Shown here piece by piece: positions 59,530 to 64,000 of a stretch of DNA of 64,000 bases. Source of the stretch: a bacterium (GTDB lineage: Bacteria; Bacillota_I; Bacilli_A; RF39; UBA660); NCBI GenBank assembly GCA_019423565.1, contig JAHZBE010000001.1:189944-253943 (forward strand), given 5' to 3'. Position numbers and translations under genes: made by a program. Under the pieces are notes generated by a model. The model searched no databases. It was not told the origin of the DNA and saw only the letters and a program-made list of their open reading frames with translations. The number at the start of each line of letters is the position of its first letter. Within the stretch, counting starts at the first letter, position 1.

Positions 59530-61728
59530 TTATACCTCCTCTTTTATCGTACTTATCGCACTTTTTTTGAATAATTTTTTTGAAAACTTTTGACTAATTA
59601 AATATGACATCATTATAAGTACAATATATAAAATTGCATAATCTTTAAAATTAAGATAAGTAAGTATTGTATTTATAAACTCAAGATTAATTATGTGTAT
59701 ACTATTTAAATAGATAAATATCATAAATGAGAAAAACGCCAAATTTGAAACAGTAAGTAATTCAATTATAAGTAACTCTTTTGAAACCTTTTTAGTGGCA
59801 CCAAGCATTCTTATAACTCCAAAATATTCATTTCTAGATTTCAAAATAATATTGATTACAAAATATGAAATAAAGAATATTGTTATTATTAAAACTATTT
59901 TTGTAACTGTTCCCATTATTTTAGTAACTTGTTCATATCCACCTGTTACTAAAGTATCCTTTATATATAAAGTTTTAAAGCCTGCATCCTCAAGAGAAGA
60001 AATTGTATTTCTTACATCTTGTACATCTTTAACAAATACACTACTTTGGTAATTTCCTTTATTAAATAATTTATTATAATCTTCAGAATTTATATAAATA
60101 TTACCATTATTTTCTTTAAAATCAAGACCAAGTAATTTTTTCATATTATTTTTATTATAAACTTTACTAACATTTAATGATAAATTTTCAGTGTAATATA
60201 AATTACTAGCCTCTATATTTAATGATTGATTTATACAGTTTTCTTTAGGACAAGAATATTCTAAATCAGCTGAAATATATACATTATTAACTGGCACATT
60301 ATCATTTGTTTTTATATTAAAATTTTCAGTAGTTTCATCATAATATTTATTTTGAAATAATACTTTTAATTTACTATAAGACTGATTTATTTGATATAAG
60401 TAATCATTTAAAAGTGAATCGCTTAAATATACAACACTATTTCCATAAGCACTTTTAACATACTTAATACCTACTATTTTTATCTTTTTATTTTCATCTA
60501 TTTCACCTGTATCATAGTTTTGAGCATATATATCTTTATTTAAAATGCTTTCATTTATATAATAGTCATCTTTATCTCCTTCTAATATGACTTCATTATC
60601 ATTTTCTGGCATTTTTCCAAGATCTACTTTACCTCTAAAATTTTTAAGCTCATTTATAGTAGGTGAAATATAATAATTTTTATTGTCTGTAAAACTTGCA
60701 TTATAATCTAAAAGAACATCATTTTTAACTATATAATCAACATTTGAAAATTTACTTATTTTATCATAATCATCACTTGTAAATTCACTTTTATCATTTT
60801 TCTTAATTACTATTCTTTTATCACTAGTATTATTAAATATATAGTTATTACCTTGTGTACTTGCTTCATATGTTTTCTTTTCTTCTTCAGCATACTCACT
60901 AATTACTGACACTGTCATAAATAGATAGATTAAGAAAATAAGTATAAATTTTGGAATTATATTAAATGTATTTCTAAGTGCTAATCTTAATTTATTTAAA
61001 AAAGTAATATTTTTATAATCTATTTTACTATTTTCAGGTACTGGATTAACATCTTTTATTTTCTTATCCTCTAACACTTTTCCATCATGCATTTTTATTT
61101 TTCTAGTTACATATTTTTCTACTTGTTCATAATTATGAGTTACTATTATTACTAATTTATCTTTTGATATTTGACTAAGAAGTTTAATTATCTCCTCTGC
61201 AGATTTTTTATCAAGATTACCAGTTGGTTCATCCGCAATTATTATAGGTGTATCTTTCGCAAGCGCTCTTGCTATACCAACTCTTTGCTTTTGTCCACCG
61301 GATAACTTTGATACTTTTGTATTTCTAAATTTATATAAACCAACATTTTTAATTAATTCTAATACTTTTGGTTTTATATTCTTTTTCTTTTCACCATTAA
61401 GAAGTAAAACAAGTTCTATATTTTGATATACAGTATAACTATTTACTAAGTTAAAGTTTTGAAATATATTTCCTATGTATTTTCTTCTATAATCTTCAAA
61501 ATCTTTTTCTGTATAATGACTTGTTTCTTTTCCATCAATATACATTTCCCCTTCTTCATATGTATCAAGTCCACTTATTACATTTAAAAGTGTTGATTTA
61601 CCACTACCTGATTCACCTGTTATCGCAACAAATTCACCAATATTAAATTCAAGATTTATTTTATTAAATCCGCTAGCAATCACACCTTTGCTATAATAAA
61701 ATTTTGATACATTTTTTAATTTAATCAT
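59530..61728 (-). CDS. Single-polypeptide MacB-type ABC protein, paralogue
   Basis: GESGSGKST, LSGGQKQRV and ADEPTGNLD; same architecture. AGGAG SD before the ATG at 61728. Confidence 0.8.
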   Translation of the reverse strand: MIKLKNVSKFYYSKGVIASGFNKINLEFNIGEFVAITGESGSGKSTLLNVISGLDTYEEGEMYIDGKETSHYTEKDFEDYRRKYIGNIFQNFNLVNSYTVYQNIELVLLLNGEKKKNIKPKVLELIKNVGLYKFRNTKVSKLSGGQKQRVGIARALAKDTPIIIADEPTGNLDKKSAEEIIKLLSQISKDKLVIIVTHNYEQVEKYVTRKIKMHDGKVLEDKKIKDVNPVPENSKIDYKNITFLNKLRLALRNTFNIIPKFILIFLIYLFMTVSVISEYAEEEKKTYEASTQGNNYIFNNTSDKRIVIKKNDKSEFTSDDYDKISKFSNVDYIVKNDVLLDYNASFTDNKNYYISPTINELKNFRGKVDLGKMPENDNEVILEGDKDDYYINESILNKDIYAQNYDTGEIDENKKIKIVGIKYVKSAYGNSVVYLSDSLLNDYLYQINQSYSKLKVLFQNKYYDETTENFNIKTNDNVPVNNVYISADLEYSCPKENCINQSLNIEASNLYYTENLSLNVSKVYNKNNMKKLLGLDFKENNGNIYINSEDYNKLFNKGNYQSSVFVKDVQDVRNTISSLEDAGFKTLYIKDTLVTGGYEQVTKIMGTVTKIVLIITIFFISYFVINIILKSRNEYFGVIRMLGATKKVSKELLIIELLTVSNLAFFSFMIFIYLNSIHIINLEFINTILTYLNFKDYAILYIVLIMMSYLISQKFSKKLFKKSAISTIKEEV

Positions 61729-61975
61729 AATATTTCTCCTATCTGACAAACTGATTATAACACATACTATGCTTTACAATCTATAAATTATGAGTTGCTT
61801 TTTGTAAATTTTAGGTTGCAAAAATAAAACATATATATAATTGTTAATAAAGTTAAAAAATAGACAAAATTTTAATATATTTCTGTATATTTAGGGGAGT
61901 TTTAACTAAAAAGAGAGAATAAAATAAGTGAAAGGATATTTTAAAAGTATTCTTATCCTAGCGAAAGGAGGGAAA

Positions 61976-62794
61976 ATGGCAGAATTTTATACATGCAGAA
62001 ATGATCGTGCATTTAAAGAAGTTTTCTTAAATCCTAATAATAGTGATTTACTAAAAGCATTATTAGAATTTATTCTTAAAATAAAAATTGATAAGTTAGA
62101 AATTAAAAAAACAGAATTATTAAGTGGTAACATAAATATTAAAGATAAAAGAGTAGATGCAATAGTGCATACTGGTAATAAAAAGATTGAAATAGAAATT
62201 AATTCACAAAATAAAGATTATCTTCATACTAGAAGTACTGCGTATATTTGTAATATATATCAGTCTAACGCAAGTGTTGGTGATACATATAATGAAGACA
62301 CTGATATAATTCAAGTAAATTTAACATGGGGATTAGGCAAAAATAATGATGAAATGAAAATATATAAGATAATGAATGAAAAAGGTGAACTATATGTTAA
62401 AAATTTCATAATATATGAAATAAATATGGATTATTATGATAAAATTTGGTATAGTAAAAATGAAGAAGAAATCAAGAAGAATCAATATATGATAATGCTT
62501 GATTTAGATAAAAAGGAGCTAGAAAATATGCCAAAAGATAAGATAGTAGATAAGTATATAACAAATGTAACAATAGTAAATGATGATCCAGAATTTCAAA
62601 AGTATATGAGTGAAGAAGAGGATAAAAAGAAGATACAAAATAGTTTGCTTTCAGAGGCTAAAGAAGAAGGTATATCTCAAGAAAAAGTAAGTATTGCCAA
62701 AAATTTATTATCAATGAATATGCCACTTGAAGACATATCAAAAGCAACAGGTTTATCAATAGAAAATTTAAATGAACTAAAAAAGAAACTGTAA
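61976..62794 (+). CDS. Rpn/PDDEXK_2-family putative nuclease ('putative transposase')
   Basis: N-terminal DRAFKEVF..., KRVDAIVHTGNKKIEIEINS core and a C-terminal helical tail. GAAAGGAGGG SD before the ATG at 61976. Confidence 0.6.
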   Translation: MAEFYTCRNDRAFKEVFLNPNNSDLLKALLEFILKIKIDKLEIKKTELLSGNINIKDKRVDAIVHTGNKKIEIEINSQNKDYLHTRSTAYICNIYQSNASVGDTYNEDTDIIQVNLTWGLGKNNDEMKIYKIMNEKGELYVKNFIIYEINMDYYDKIWYSKNEEEIKKNQYMIMLDLDKKELENMPKDKIVDKYITNVTIVNDDPEFQKYMSEEEDKKKIQNSLLSEAKEEGISQEKVSIAKNLLSMNMPLEDISKATGLSIENLNELKKKL

Positions 62795-62822
62795 GAACAA
62801 TTTTTCTTACAGTTTTTATATA

Positions 62823-63233
62823 CTATTTATTTTTTAATATATCTCTAATTTCTTCTAATAATACCTCTTCATTAGATTTTACTTTAACTTCTTCTTTCTT
62901 TTCTTCATGTTTAAATCTTTCAAATAATCTAACCATAATAAATATACAGAAAGCTACAATTAGAAAGTCAACAATTGATTGAATAAATGAACCATAATGA
63001 ATAACCGCATCATTTATTCTAATTGTAAGCGCTGTAAAATCAAGTCCACCAAGTAATACTCCTATTATAGGCATTAAAATATCATTAACAAGACTTGTTA
63101 CTATTTTACCAAAAGCACCACCTACGATAACACCAACAGCCATATCAACTACGTTACCTCTTGATATAAATTTTTTAAATTCACTAAGTTCTGTTGTTAC
63201 TGCTTTTTTTGCATCTATTTTTTCCTTTTTCAT
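62823..63233 (-). CDS. mscL: Large-conductance mechanosensitive channel
   Basis: [37 protein letters not shown]. Confidence 0.9.
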   Translation of the reverse strand: MKKEKIDAKKAVTTELSEFKKFISRGNVVDMAVGVIVGGAFGKIVTSLVNDILMPIIGVLLGGLDFTALTIRINDAVIHYGSFIQSIVDFLIVAFCIFIMVRLFERFKHEEKKEEVKVKSNEEVLLEEIRDILKNK

Positions 63234-63298
63234 AATTATTCCTCCTAAAAATATTATAGCATAAAAAAATTCTTACAACTGTAAGAACTTTTACTTTT

Positions 63299-63730
63299 TT
63301 ATTTTTCATCTAACTCTGCTTGTGCTTCTAATGCTTCTAAAAATGATAATTTAGCTTCACTCGCAAGAGTTAATGCAAGAGCAATACAATCAGATGTATA
63401 TTCAAGTCTATTATCAATATACTTTTCTAATTTTTCTTTGTCTCTAGCTTCTCTTTTATCTTCTAATTTTTCTTTTGCTTCATTAATACTATCTTCAATT
63501 TTACTTAAATGCTTTGAAAAAATTTTTTTAGTATCAGATTTTTTCTTATTTAATTCTTCCTTTGCTTCATCAAGATTCTTTTTAGTTTCTTCAATTTTAT
63601 CATCTAATTCATCTTTAGCATACATGCCTTTTATAACCATAGTATCTGTTGAATCTTTTAACTTTTCATTTATTTTATTTAATTCATCATTTATTTTATT
63701 TAATTTTTCTTCTAATTCTTTATTTTTCAT
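63299..63730 (-). CDS. Hypothetical coiled-coil protein
   Basis: K/E-rich heptad ORF, 143 aa. Confidence 0.45.
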   Translation of the reverse strand: MKNKELEEKLNKINDELNKINEKLKDSTDTMVIKGMYAKDELDDKIEETKKNLDEAKEELNKKKSDTKKIFSKHLSKIEDSINEAKEKLEDKREARDKEKLEKYIDNRLEYTSDCIALALTLASEAKLSFLEALEAQAELDEK

Positions 63731-63852
63731 TTTTTATCTTCCTTTCTTTTATATAATGTAAAATATTTAAAAATTTATTCACTATATTTTGTACCACATC
63801 CTTTTACCCTACAATTCAATTATAAAATCTATAATATAATTTTTAAAATGCA

Positions 63853-63885
63853 TAAAAAAACAAGTGTCATTATTTTTGACACTTG
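63853..63885 (-). terminator. Rho-independent terminator
   Basis: CAAGTGTC-9 nt-GACACTTG plus T7 on the minus strand; spans the stop of the partial CDS. Confidence 0.55.
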
Positions 63886-63998
63886 CTATATTTTGTCATA
63901 TTTACATAATTACTTATATTACCGTCTAATAATATTTTTACTTTATTTACTAATGTATCTATATCATCATACATACCAAGTTCTATCCAGTTAATAAT
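63870..63998 (-). CDS. 3' end (42 codons) of a gene entering from the right window edge
   Basis: Open frame ...WIELGMYDDIDTLVNKVKILLDGNISNYVNMTKYSKCQK ending at a TAA inside the terminator loop. Confidence 0.35.
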   Translation of the reverse strand: MINWIELGMYDDIDTLVNKVKILLDGNISNYVNMTKYSKCQK

Positions 63999-64000
63999 TA

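Overview
Very AT-rich chromosomal segment of a spore-forming Bacillota. Gene order is Bacillus/Erysipelotrichia-like, the standard genetic code is used, and most genes are on the minus strand. Conserved housekeeping blocks: recX, rpoZ; ftsY-ylxM-ffh; rodZ-like-pgsA-recA (cinA absent); rnpB-gpsB divergent from recU-ponA; dnaD, cca, hup; tyrS with a T-box leader; rimP-nusA-ylxR-infB-rbfA; an ftsW/rodA homologue; rny; xfp; mscL. RNA genes are RNase P RNA (type B-like) and 13 tRNA genes: Ala alone, Asp-Phe-Arg-Pro, Val-Thr-Tyr-Gln-Lys and Leu-Ser-fMet. All are on the minus strand with encoded CCA. Spore-coat-type genes (CotD-like, CotY/Z-like, CotS/YutH-like) are scattered through the window. I saw no rRNA, CRISPR array, IS element, integrase or prophage. 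Best candidates for something undescribed: (1) a small islet on the 3' side of tRNA-Pro (35.7-37.1 kb). It encodes a catalytically intact-looking MutH/Sau3AI/MvaI-BcnI-type endonuclease, a divergent XRE/C-protein-like regulator with a palindromic operator, and a 76-aa ORF. No DNA methyltransferase is visible anywhere in the 64 kb. (2) A tightly packed operon of alternating DUF1292-like and coiled-coil proteins (20.0-23.4 kb). Lesser oddities are a remodelled nusA-infB operon, a truncated RimP, a recA-helicase SOS unit, tandem fused MacB-type ABC proteins, an ABC exporter with a repeat-bearing loop insert, a Cys-less membrane-anchored EIIB domain, and a possible frameshift or uORF. All functional calls come from motif recognition by eye. 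No database search was run.
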